From an uncultured Mollicutes bacterium (lineage in GTDB: Bacteria > Bacillota_I > Bacilli_A > RF39 > UBA660): 64,000 nucleotides of DNA. The position numbers and the translations under genes are program-made. Shown piece by piece: positions 20,205 through 28,756 of the stretch (the first letter of the stretch is position 1; the number at the start of each line of letters is the position of its first letter). The notes below the pieces were generated by a model. That model was not told where the DNA came from and did no database searches. It saw nothing but the letters and a program-made list of their open reading frames with translations. The stretch lies in contig CAMMVQ010000002.1 in the NCBI GenBank assembly GCA_946500425.1, forward strand, positions 5,718-69,717, written 5' to 3'.

Positions 20205-20579
20205 CTAATTTATATTACTTTCATGAAATGATAAACATACTAATATATCATTATTATTACTAGTTCTTAAAGTTAATTTTATATATACGGCTTTACCATT
20301 TATTTCCTTAATAAATTCAAAAATCTCCGAATTAAAATCTCTTCTATAATCATTATCTTCTGATACATCTATACATTCACTTTCTTCTAAGTCTAAAACA
20401 TAATTCCATACATCCTCTATTTTTACAATTCCAATATCAATAATAGCTTGTTTATAATTAATAATTTCGCCATTAATCTCATAATCTCTAGGAACAATGG
20501 TTCTTTTGCGGCTTTTTATCAAATCTTTACTTATTTTCAAAAAATGTCGTAATGCCGTTTCATCTAAAGTTGATAACAC
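20205..20579 (-). CDS. MqsR-like toxin (putative mRNA interferase)
   Basis: The C-terminus KAVYIKLTLRTSNNNDILVCLSFHES aligns by eye with E. coli MqsR QVYLKITVIHDVLIVSFKEK. Toxin-first gene order as in mqsRA. GTG start after AAGGAG. Confidence 0.55.
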   Translation of the reverse strand: MLSTLDETALRHFLKISKDLIKSRKRTIVPRDYEINGEIINYKQAIIDIGIVKIEDVWNYVLDLEESECIDVSEDNDYRRDFNSEIFEFIKEINGKAVYIKLTLRTSNNNDILVCLSFHESNIN

Positions 20580-20621
20580 ATTTTACTCCTTTCCATAAGT
20601 ATATTTGTACTGCTATAAATA

Positions 20622-20650
20622 ATTTTATCACAAATATCATTTGATGTCAA
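20622..20650 (-). promoter_or_regulatory. Sigma-A-type promoter of the toxin-antitoxin operon
   Basis: On the minus strand: TTGACA (20650-20645), 17-nt spacer, TAAAAT (20627-20622). Confidence 0.6.
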
Positions 20651-20691
20651 TTGTCTCCATTTACTCTATTTAAAAAAACATAGCTATAAAA

Positions 20692-21129
20692 CTATGATTT
20701 TTTAAACACCAAAAATTTACTTATTATATAATTTAATACTATTTGCATAGCCTGACATATTAAGGTAAATAAAATTACCCAAGAATCTGAATCAAGCCTT
20801 AATAAAGTTACGAAAAACCACATTATAAACATTTGAATTAACTGCGTAAATACCCTTCCTTTAACAAAATCAAATGCTTCTTTAGCTTGTTTCTTACCTT
20901 TAACTTTACTTTTAAACACAAATGCTCTGTTTGTAAAGTAAGCAAACAAAACTGCTAAAAACCAAGATATTACTTCCGCTATTTGTAATTGTACACCATC
21001 TGTTTGATCCAAAACGGTAAATAGTAACAATAATTTAGAACCTACTCCAATAATCGTTGTTAAGCCACCGATAATCAAATAATTTATTATTTCTTCATAT
21101 TTTTTGTATAAACTAAATAACTTTTTCAC
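20692..21129 (-). CDS. GtrA-family membrane protein (polyprenyl-phosphate-sugar flippase-like)
   Basis: 145 aa, 4 TM. Has YLIIGGLTTIIGVGSKLLL and NRAFVFK, typical of GtrA. Confidence 0.8.
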   Translation of the reverse strand: MKKLFSLYKKYEEIINYLIIGGLTTIIGVGSKLLLLFTVLDQTDGVQLQIAEVISWFLAVLFAYFTNRAFVFKSKVKGKKQAKEAFDFVKGRVFTQLIQMFIMWFFVTLLRLDSDSWVILFTLICQAMQIVLNYIISKFLVFKKS

Positions 21130-21168
21130 AACTTGTTCCTTTCCAAATTATTTATTAAACGAAATAAC

Positions 21169-21522
21169 TTAGCGTTTTGCAAAGCTCATTATAACAATTC
21201 CTATAATAATAATCAAAGCTCCAATTAAACTTTGAACATCAACATTTTCTTTAAACACTATATATCCTACACACATTATTAATATCTGTGATATACCAGT
21301 TACTATTGGTACCATAACAGATAAATCATATTTAACTAATAATCTCTGCCATAGTAAAAAACTTACCAAATAAAAGCAAAAACCTAATAACGTAATCCAT
21401 CCTATTTTAAAATTAACGCCTTTTACTAAACTTATCTTTAGAGAATCCCCACCTAATTTCATGAATGTTATTCCACAAGTGGTGAAAAAAATATAAATTA
21501 TAGTTAAAAAATATTTCATCAT
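21169..21522 (-). CDS. Small 4-TM SMR/EamA-like membrane protein (ArnE/F-like candidate lipid-linked sugar flippase)
   Basis: 117 aa, four hydrophobic helices. Start overlaps the glf stop. Confidence 0.55.
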   Translation of the reverse strand: MMKYFLTIIYIFFTTCGITFMKLGGDSLKISLVKGVNFKIGWITLLGFCFYLVSFLLWQRLLVKYDLSVMVPIVTGISQILIMCVGYIVFKENVDVQSLIGALIIIIGIVIMSFAKR

Positions 21523-22640
21523 TTTTTCAATTCCTCTTCAACACAATTAAACGCTTCTTTTATAACGTCATCCATATCATAATATTTATAATCAGCTAAC
21601 CTACCACCAAATATAACATTCTTTTCATTCTTTGCTAATTTTCTATATTCTTCTGCTAATTTATTATTTTTTTCATCGTTAATTACGTAATAAGCTTCTT
21701 TAGACGGATCCCAGTCATCTGGATACTCATATGTAACTACCGTTTTATCACTAACGCTGGTGCTATCAAAGTGTTTATGCTCAATTACACGAGTATATTT
21801 TTGATCATGCCCCGTATAATTAACAACGGCGTTCCCTTGATAATTTTCAACATCATAGATTTTAGTATCAAATTTTAATGATCTATATTCTAGTCTTCCT
21901 AATTTAAAGTCAAAGTACTCATCTAGCATACCTGTATACACAATTTTTTCAGCCATATTATTAAACTTCTCTTTATCACTAAAATAATTAGTATTTAATT
22001 TAACTTCTATTCCATCTAACATAGCTTCAACAAGCTTTGTGTATCCTCCTATTGGAATTCCTTGATATTTGTCATTAAAATAATTGTTATCATAAGTAAA
22101 TCTTACTGGTAATCTTTTAATAATAAAAGATGGTAATTCTGTACAATCTCTATTCCATTGTTTTTCTGTATAACCTTTTACTAGCTTTTCATAAATAGTT
22201 CTTCCTACCAACGAAATAGCTTGTTCTTCAAGATTTTCTGGCTCTTTTTCATTTAACTCTTGCTTTTCCTCTTCGATATGTCTTTTAGCATCCTCAGGAG
22301 TAATAACATCACTCCATAATTTAGAGAAAGTATTCATATTAAATGGCATATTATAAACTTCATTTCCAATTCTTGCAATTGGAGAGTTAGTAAATCTATT
22401 GAATTCTACAAAAGAATTTACATAATTCCATACATCCTTATAATCAGTATGGAAAATATGCGCTCCATACTTATGAACGTGAATACCCTCTATATCCTCA
22501 GTATAAACGTTTCCGGCAATATTTGGCCTTTTATCAATTACCAATACCTTTTTACCGTTTTCTTTTAGTTTATTGGCAACGGTAGCGCCATATAAACCTG
22601 CTCCTACAATTAGATAATCATATTTTTTATTTTTCACCAT
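21519..22640 (-). CDS. glf: UDP-galactopyranose mutase
   Basis: YDYLIVGAGLYGA FAD fold and KYGAHIFHT; length and overall sequence are typical of Glf. Confidence 0.95.
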   Translation of the reverse strand: MVKNKKYDYLIVGAGLYGATVANKLKENGKKVLVIDKRPNIAGNVYTEDIEGIHVHKYGAHIFHTDYKDVWNYVNSFVEFNRFTNSPIARIGNEVYNMPFNMNTFSKLWSDVITPEDAKRHIEEEKQELNEKEPENLEEQAISLVGRTIYEKLVKGYTEKQWNRDCTELPSFIIKRLPVRFTYDNNYFNDKYQGIPIGGYTKLVEAMLDGIEVKLNTNYFSDKEKFNNMAEKIVYTGMLDEYFDFKLGRLEYRSLKFDTKIYDVENYQGNAVVNYTGHDQKYTRVIEHKHFDSTSVSDKTVVTYEYPDDWDPSKEAYYVINDEKNNKLAEEYRKLAKNEKNVIFGGRLADYKYYDMDDVIKEAFNCVEEELKK

Positions 22641-23686
22641 TTAATATCAACTCCAAACGTCTTAATCATAAATTTATACAAACTAATAAATAATCTAAAA
22701 AGTCCTAAATTATAAAAAACTTTAACAATCCATAATTTGAAATTAGTACCTTTATTTTTTATGACATAATATAATTTTGTATAATCTGTGTTTTTCCAAT
22801 TTGTAAAATTGTTATACAAAAATTTTTCATTTTCTTTTAATGCATTTTTAAAATCCAATGTTTTGTCTTCTGACACACGATACATCAAAGAAACACCTAA
22901 ATGTAGGAAAGCGTTTGCATCAACATAATCAAGTAATTCAGGTCTCTCTTTTTCGTATAAATTTCTTACCTCAACCATTGCTTTATAAGTTGAATCTAAT
23001 AATTCTTTTTTTACTGTATTTATAATAGAATCTTTTCTTACCATATAATAAACTAAACTATCAGGTATAAATACTATCTTTTTTGCATTAATATATATTA
23101 ATTGCAAAAACATCATATCATCTAAAACTTTGGGAACATTCTTCATCTGATACATTTTTTTTAACAATTCAGCTTTATATATCTTATTCCAAGGAGCACC
23201 ATTCATCTCCAAAAGAGCACCCGGATTTTTTTCAATTATTATTTCTTTTGTTTCTGGTTTACACATTTCACGAGAATATCTTTTCATAGTATCTAAATCT
23301 ATTCTATCAAAACCACAAACAGAGATATCTGCTTTTTTATTTTTTGCATTTTTATACAACTTTTCAGCGTAATCTAAAGCAACATAGTCATCACTATCTA
23401 CAAAACCTATAAATTCACCAGTTGCTTTCTTAACTCCGTCCATACGTCCTTTCCATACGCCTTCATTTTTTTTATCAATAATAACAATTTTATCTGGAAA
23501 TTTTTTCTTATAATCCTTTAATATATTTAAGCAATTATCAGGAGAACCATCATTAATACAAATTATTTCAATATCCTTTAGAGTTTGATTTACCAATGAA
23601 TCTAAACACCTTGGCAAATATTTTTCAACATTATAGCAAGGAACTATTATGCTTAATTTTTTCTTTTCAATATTTTTACTTTTCAT
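22634..23686 (-). CDS. Family 2 glycosyltransferase
   Basis: LSIIVPCYNVEKYLPRCLDSLVNQT...INDGSPD...DSDD. Start set at MKSKNIEKK. Confidence 0.85.
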   Translation of the reverse strand: MKSKNIEKKKLSIIVPCYNVEKYLPRCLDSLVNQTLKDIEIICINDGSPDNCLNILKDYKKKFPDKIVIIDKKNEGVWKGRMDGVKKATGEFIGFVDSDDYVALDYAEKLYKNAKNKKADISVCGFDRIDLDTMKRYSREMCKPETKEIIIEKNPGALLEMNGAPWNKIYKAELLKKMYQMKNVPKVLDDMMFLQLIYINAKKIVFIPDSLVYYMVRKDSIINTVKKELLDSTYKAMVEVRNLYEKERPELLDYVDANAFLHLGVSLMYRVSEDKTLDFKNALKENEKFLYNNFTNWKNTDYTKLYYVIKNKGTNFKLWIVKVFYNLGLFRLFISLYKFMIKTFGVDIKW

Positions 23687-23772
23687 TTTACCACCAACTA
23701 AATTATACAATATACTTATAAACATATCAAGATTATTATCCATTATAAAAAAGATGACTAAAATTTTAAATC

Positions 23773-24117
23773 TTAATCATCTTTTTTATTCCTGCCTATA
23801 TTTTCCCTTAATATTGCAATATTCTGTGCTAAATCTGTTATTTTTTCTTGTTGTTCGGCAATCCTCTTGCTGTTTCTAAAATTAATGAACAAAAGGAAAA
23901 CTATACAAATAAGGAAAAGCAATGACGGTGAATAACTTATCCCAAGAAAAACTGCTAAATTATCAAATATTTTTGGAAAAATAGCGAATACGAGCATTAC
24001 AAACGATGCCATCATCCACCAAAAGCTTTCTTTTATGGAAAATTTATTTTTTCTTACAACCGAAACAACATATATAATAGCAGCAACCGCAACAATTACG
24101 AAATAAATCCTTTTCAC
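23773..24117 (-). CDS. DUF2304-like small membrane protein
   Basis: 114 aa with 4 TM and a C-terminal coiled tail. Its ATG overlaps the stop of the upstream GT2-containing gene. Confidence 0.6.
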   Translation of the reverse strand: MKRIYFVIVAVAAIIYVVSVVRKNKFSIKESFWWMMASFVMLVFAIFPKIFDNLAVFLGISYSPSLLFLICIVFLLFINFRNSKRIAEQQEKITDLAQNIAILRENIGRNKKDD

Positions 24118-26486
24118 TATTCATCCCTCCTAAAACCTCTAATTAGTATAAAAGCTATAGAATAAGTAACATTTATCATGTATTTTATTGGCTTTATAAT
24201 ACCACCATGCATGCTTACTCCATCATCACATTCTTTCATTTTCACAGCCACTTCTTCAATCTTATATCCATCTAACAGCATTTCAATTATCAAATTAGCA
24301 TCAGGAAATTCCGGATATTTTCCCATTTGTGAATAACGTTCAATTACGTTTCTATCTAATAATTGGAATCCTGAAGTTGGATCAGTTATTTTCTTTTTAC
24401 AAAATAACTTGATTATAACTGAAAACATTTTTGTTCCAACCCTTCTAAAGAAAGGATGTTTATATCCGGTTTTTTCTAAGAATCTAGAACCTATAACTAT
24501 GTTAGCGTCTGTCTCTTTCATCTTTTTAAATAATTTCTTAACCTCACTAGATAAATGCTGTCCGTCAGCGTCAAATTGTATAACGTAATCATAACCGTTT
24601 TCATACGCGTATTTAATACCCGTTTGAACCGCCATCGCATATCCCATGTTAAACGGAACATTAAGGCATGTAACTCCCATGCTTTCTACGATTTCTTTAG
24701 TGTTATCCTTCGAACAATCATTTGTAACAACAATGTCAGAATCAGGCATGTTTTTTCTAATGTCTTTTATTACTTTTTCAATATGTTTTGATTCATTATA
24801 AGCTGGTATCACGAATATAGAATTTTTTTCCGTAACTTTCTTTTTCTTAAAATCTTTGTTTGAATTTTCATTGATTAAAGGGTTACTTTTATTTTTAGGA
24901 ATTAGTAATATTATAATTCCTAAAACAGCTGATGGAAAAGCAGCATAAGCATAACGATCAATTATTGCTCCGGTAGCAGCATGAAACATAACATGTAAAA
25001 AAGCAGAACCAAATAAAATAGTTAAAACAAAATAAACTTCACTTTTCTTATTTTTAATGAACATAATAAACGATATTATAGCCAACGGGAACGTTAACAA
25101 CATAACCATTTTAAATAAATCTAAATAAAATTCTGAAGTATTACTAACAATTGTATCTAGTGCATCATCTTCTTTATTTAAAGAACAATAAGAACTACTA
25201 TACTTTACATCCTCTCGTTCATAAACTGATTCATCCCATCCAGGATATTTCCACCAACATTTATATCCTTTTCCATAAGTGGATAATCCAATACTCTTAT
25301 TTTCACTTTCATAATCCATTCCAAAACCTTTACCAGCAATATAATTGTTATTAATTACTGATGTAGGGTATAAGTTAATGGTGGCCATATAGTTCCTATA
25401 ATACGATAAAATAGTATATTTCGGATTTTCTAGCGTATTTTCTAACAAGAATTTTATGCCATCAAACGTAGTCATTCCGTTTTCATCGGTAATTATGACG
25501 GCGGTTTTAATCACCCTTCCATCATTAGAATAAACCTCATACAGCTTAACTTGATTACACCAGTTTTTAGTTGATTTAGATAATGATAGTATCTCACTTT
25601 TTTCATCTTCACTAAGAAGAGAGCTTTTTATATAGCTTGTGCTGCAAAATTTCTCTTTTGGCACTTCGTTATAATAAGGTGCTAAACTATTTACAATTCC
25701 TTTAGAAAGAAATCCTTGGGTACTATTACTAGCTTCAACGTCAACACCGTTATTTTTTAATATGTTATTCCAGATGAAAATGGAAATAAACATTACTAGG
25801 CATCCAATTAATAAGGTAATAACTTTTTCTAAGAATATCTTCCAACTTTTATGATAAATACCTGACAAAACTGAACCAATTCCAATTATGAAGAAAATAA
25901 TAGCCATGTAAGGTTGCTTTAAAAACCACATAAAAGTAATAATAAAAGCAAATAGTATTGTATACAAAATAGACTTTTTCCTAGAAGTTTTCCATGATAC
26001 ATCCTTCCATAAATAAGCAAAATAAGTTGTAAGCAATATTATTCCGGGGGCTATTGTTTCAGTTAATAGTGAATGGGAATAACCAATTATAATAGGATTT
26101 AACATTATTAGAAAAATAAACAATATCCAATAAATACAATTACTATGATTTTTATTATATTTTTTCAAAAGAGAATTTAAGATTAAGGCTGCACTTCCAA
26201 TTAAAATTAAATAAAAAGCAAAAAATCCTATTAATAATCCTACTGAATTTTCACCAAATAAATGTTTAAACAAATATAACAATATTGGAAAAGTCGGTCC
26301 TCTTGTAATTGACCATTCAGATAACGATGTATCTCCATCAAGAATCTGAGTATATAAAAGATATTGTGAACTATCTGGTGTAATTACTAGTGGAAACTGA
26401 AAATATATTATTCCTAAAACGAATGCTAATATAAATACGAAAATTAAAATTTTAACGTTTATTTTTTCCTTTAACTTATTTAACAT
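24117..26486 (-). CDS. Fusion protein: N-terminal polytopic GT-C-like membrane domain with an extracytoplasmic loop domain, plus a C-terminal GtrB/DPM1-like family 2 glycosyltransferase
   Basis: Residues 1-250 hold about 8 TM, with PDSSQY in the first loop. Residues 250-460 are soluble and 460-530 hold more TM. Residues 545-789 carry IFVIPAYNESKHI...TNDCSKDNT...IQFDADGQH...GSRF. Confidence 0.75.
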   Translation of the reverse strand: MLNKLKEKINVKILIFVFILAFVLGIIYFQFPLVITPDSSQYLLYTQILDGDTSLSEWSITRGPTFPILLYLFKHLFGENSVGLLIGFFAFYLILIGSAALILNSLLKKYNKNHSNCIYWILFIFLIMLNPIIIGYSHSLLTETIAPGIILLTTYFAYLWKDVSWKTSRKKSILYTILFAFIITFMWFLKQPYMAIIFFIIGIGSVLSGIYHKSWKIFLEKVITLLIGCLVMFISIFIWNNILKNNGVDVEASNSTQGFLSKGIVNSLAPYYNEVPKEKFCSTSYIKSSLLSEDEKSEILSLSKSTKNWCNQVKLYEVYSNDGRVIKTAVIITDENGMTTFDGIKFLLENTLENPKYTILSYYRNYMATINLYPTSVINNNYIAGKGFGMDYESENKSIGLSTYGKGYKCWWKYPGWDESVYEREDVKYSSSYCSLNKEDDALDTIVSNTSEFYLDLFKMVMLLTFPLAIISFIMFIKNKKSEVYFVLTILFGSAFLHVMFHAATGAIIDRYAYAAFPSAVLGIIILLIPKNKSNPLINENSNKDFKKKKVTEKNSIFVIPAYNESKHIEKVIKDIRKNMPDSDIVVTNDCSKDNTKEIVESMGVTCLNVPFNMGYAMAVQTGIKYAYENGYDYVIQFDADGQHLSSEVKKLFKKMKETDANIVIGSRFLEKTGYKHPFFRRVGTKMFSVIIKLFCKKKITDPTSGFQLLDRNVIERYSQMGKYPEFPDANLIIEMLLDGYKIEEVAVKMKECDDGVSMHGGIIKPIKYMINVTYSIAFILIRGFRRDE

Positions 26487-26490
26487 ATTT

Positions 26491-28458
26491 TCACCTCTTC
26501 AAATTCATATTAAAAAACTTTTTAAATTCAAGGACGATTTTATCCCAATCCCATTTTTTTATTTGGGTTAAATTCTCATTACTTAATTCCGTTAATAAGT
26601 CACGGTTATTTATAAGCTTTTTAATTTTATCTTTTACCGCCTCTTTAGAACGTTCTTTAAGAATGAAATTCTTTTGCTTTTTTCCAAAGGCTTGCGCCAC
26701 AACACCAACGTCTGTTGAAATTATTGGAACCCCACAAGCCATCGCTTCTAAAACGGGATTCGGAGTTCCCTCAACTTTTGAAACGCATACGCACACATCA
26801 ATTTTACCATAATATCCTGGCATTTCATCATGTGGTATCATTTTTTCTTGCCGGTCCGCAAAATTACATTCTATTGGATATCCTTCTTCTATTAATTCAT
26901 TTAAAGCCGGCTTTAGTATCGTATTAAAACCTTTAAAATCTTCAATTTCAGAAGACCACGCACTATTTCCAACCCAGCCAATAACTAATTTTTTTTGCTT
27001 TGAAAACCTTCCTAAATTCATAGGTTTAAATAATTTTAAATCCACTCCATCAGTAACAATCATTTGTGGCTTTTTAGTGATTCTAGAATCACTCTCGTAA
27101 ATTTGCATTAATTTACGAGAAGAGACCGTATAATTTTTACAACAATCTAAAATACGATTAGTAAAATCAACGTTATCTAAATATAAATGATCATAAACTG
27201 CCGTAGTAATATTTTGATTTTTCACATACAGTTCATAAAAGGTATCATAGTCCATCCCGCACTGCTTGATATACCACTCCATGTCTTTTATAAAAGATAA
27301 ATGTCCTCTCCAAAAGAAGTGAATTAAATCAAATTTTTTAAGATAAAATAAAGCTTGGACAATGTTATTATTTAATAACTCTAAAGATATTATCTCAAAG
27401 TCATAATCCTTTTTTAACCTTTCTTTAACAATGTTAGCAATGTTCCAAAAGCACCAATTTTCAACATCAACAACCAAAGCTATTTTAGGCTTAGCGTTAT
27501 TAGTATGCTTATGGGCGATTATGCCTAATTCTTTTTGCCTGTTTTCAATCCACTTTTCAACGTTTGCATCCCATATTTTGAACCCTCTTTTCCGTTCAAA
27601 ATAATCGGCAGACTCTTTTAAAACTCCTTTACTAAACCTTGTTTTTTCATATTCTAATGACTCTTCATCAACGCTTATAGTATGATCGTGAACAAGACTT
27701 AACGTATCGCAATTTCCTATTTTTAATCCTTTATTAAATATTGTTATCGAAAAATCAATATCTTCAAAGCCGATGAACATATTATCATCAAACATACCGC
27801 ACTCTATGAAAGCGTCTTTATTTAAAACGGAAGCTCCGCCTAACAAAAACGTTGACATGCTTGGTTTTATACTGTAATCCTCGCTAACACGGCACTGTTC
27901 AAACATCGAACCTCCGCCAACTAAAAGTCCATCCGAATTATAATCAGAATACAAGGAACCACCATTTGAAAATATCGTCTTTTTATCTTCGGATAACAAA
28001 GGTAAATTTAAAAACTTAAGGCCAAACATAGAAATCATGTTATATATTGATGGTATTGGGTTATCAATAAAGTAAATATCATTATCTAGGTTCATTATCC
28101 AATCAGTTTCAACGTAATTAACGCTTTTGTTTCTACCACCAGCAACTCCATAATTTTTATCAAAAATGACGTGCTTAACATCAAAATTAAATTTTGAAAT
28201 AAAATGTTTTATTTTATCACTTTCTTTTTTTATAGAACCATTATCAGCAATTAATATTTTCCCTTTATATCCCTGTAAATTCTCACTTATAGAGTCTAGT
28301 AATTTAATCGTGGCATCAGCGCGGTTATAAGTTAAAATTACAATGGTTAAATTTTCACCATTAATTCCTATATTGGAATTTTTATATAGCATAAAATCAT
28401 ATTTTGAATATCCGTAGCTTATTGATTTTATAGAGCTAGATAATTTATTTTCACTCAT
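26491..28458 (-). CDS. Dual-domain glycosyltransferase (N-terminal GT2, C-terminal GT4/GT1-fold)
   Basis: N-terminal LTIVILTYNRAD...ADNGS...DNDIYF. C-terminal GWVGNS...EGTPNPVLEAMACGVPIISTDVG. Confidence 0.8.
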   Translation of the reverse strand: MSENKLSSSIKSISYGYSKYDFMLYKNSNIGINGENLTIVILTYNRADATIKLLDSISENLQGYKGKILIADNGSIKKESDKIKHFISKFNFDVKHVIFDKNYGVAGGRNKSVNYVETDWIMNLDNDIYFIDNPIPSIYNMISMFGLKFLNLPLLSEDKKTIFSNGGSLYSDYNSDGLLVGGGSMFEQCRVSEDYSIKPSMSTFLLGGASVLNKDAFIECGMFDDNMFIGFEDIDFSITIFNKGLKIGNCDTLSLVHDHTISVDEESLEYEKTRFSKGVLKESADYFERKRGFKIWDANVEKWIENRQKELGIIAHKHTNNAKPKIALVVDVENWCFWNIANIVKERLKKDYDFEIISLELLNNNIVQALFYLKKFDLIHFFWRGHLSFIKDMEWYIKQCGMDYDTFYELYVKNQNITTAVYDHLYLDNVDFTNRILDCCKNYTVSSRKLMQIYESDSRITKKPQMIVTDGVDLKLFKPMNLGRFSKQKKLVIGWVGNSAWSSEIEDFKGFNTILKPALNELIEEGYPIECNFADRQEKMIPHDEMPGYYGKIDVCVCVSKVEGTPNPVLEAMACGVPIISTDVGVVAQAFGKKQKNFILKERSKEAVKDKIKKLINNRDLLTELSNENLTQIKKWDWDKIVLEFKKFFNMNLKR

Positions 28459-28693
28459 GCTTGCCTCTTTTAACTTTTCTTAACCCGCGATACAATATAC
28501 TTTTTTTCATTCTATCAATAATTGGAAAAAATTTCTCATATTTTTTTCTTTCTTCCAAAAGAGCGTCATAAGCCTCTTTAAGACCAACATTAATTTTTTT
28601 CAATTCTACGTTTTCAGCCATTAGAACCTTATTAAGAACTTGTTCATTTTCTAGGTTTTTACTTAATTCTTTAACGTCTTGTTTCTTTTCCAT
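28451..28693 (-). CDS. Hypothetical 80-aa coiled-coil protein
   Basis: Start set at MEKKQDVKE (SD GAGGTG). Heptad-like, charged sequence. Overlaps the next gene by 8 nt. Confidence 0.45.
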   Translation of the reverse strand: MEKKQDVKELSKNLENEQVLNKVLMAENVELKKINVGLKEAYDALLEERKKYEKFFPIIDRMKKSILYRGLRKVKRGKHE

Positions 28694-28756
28694 TATACAC
28701 CTCAATCGTTTATAATCAGTTTAATGTCCCTCATAAAATAAATAGCTTTTTGAATG

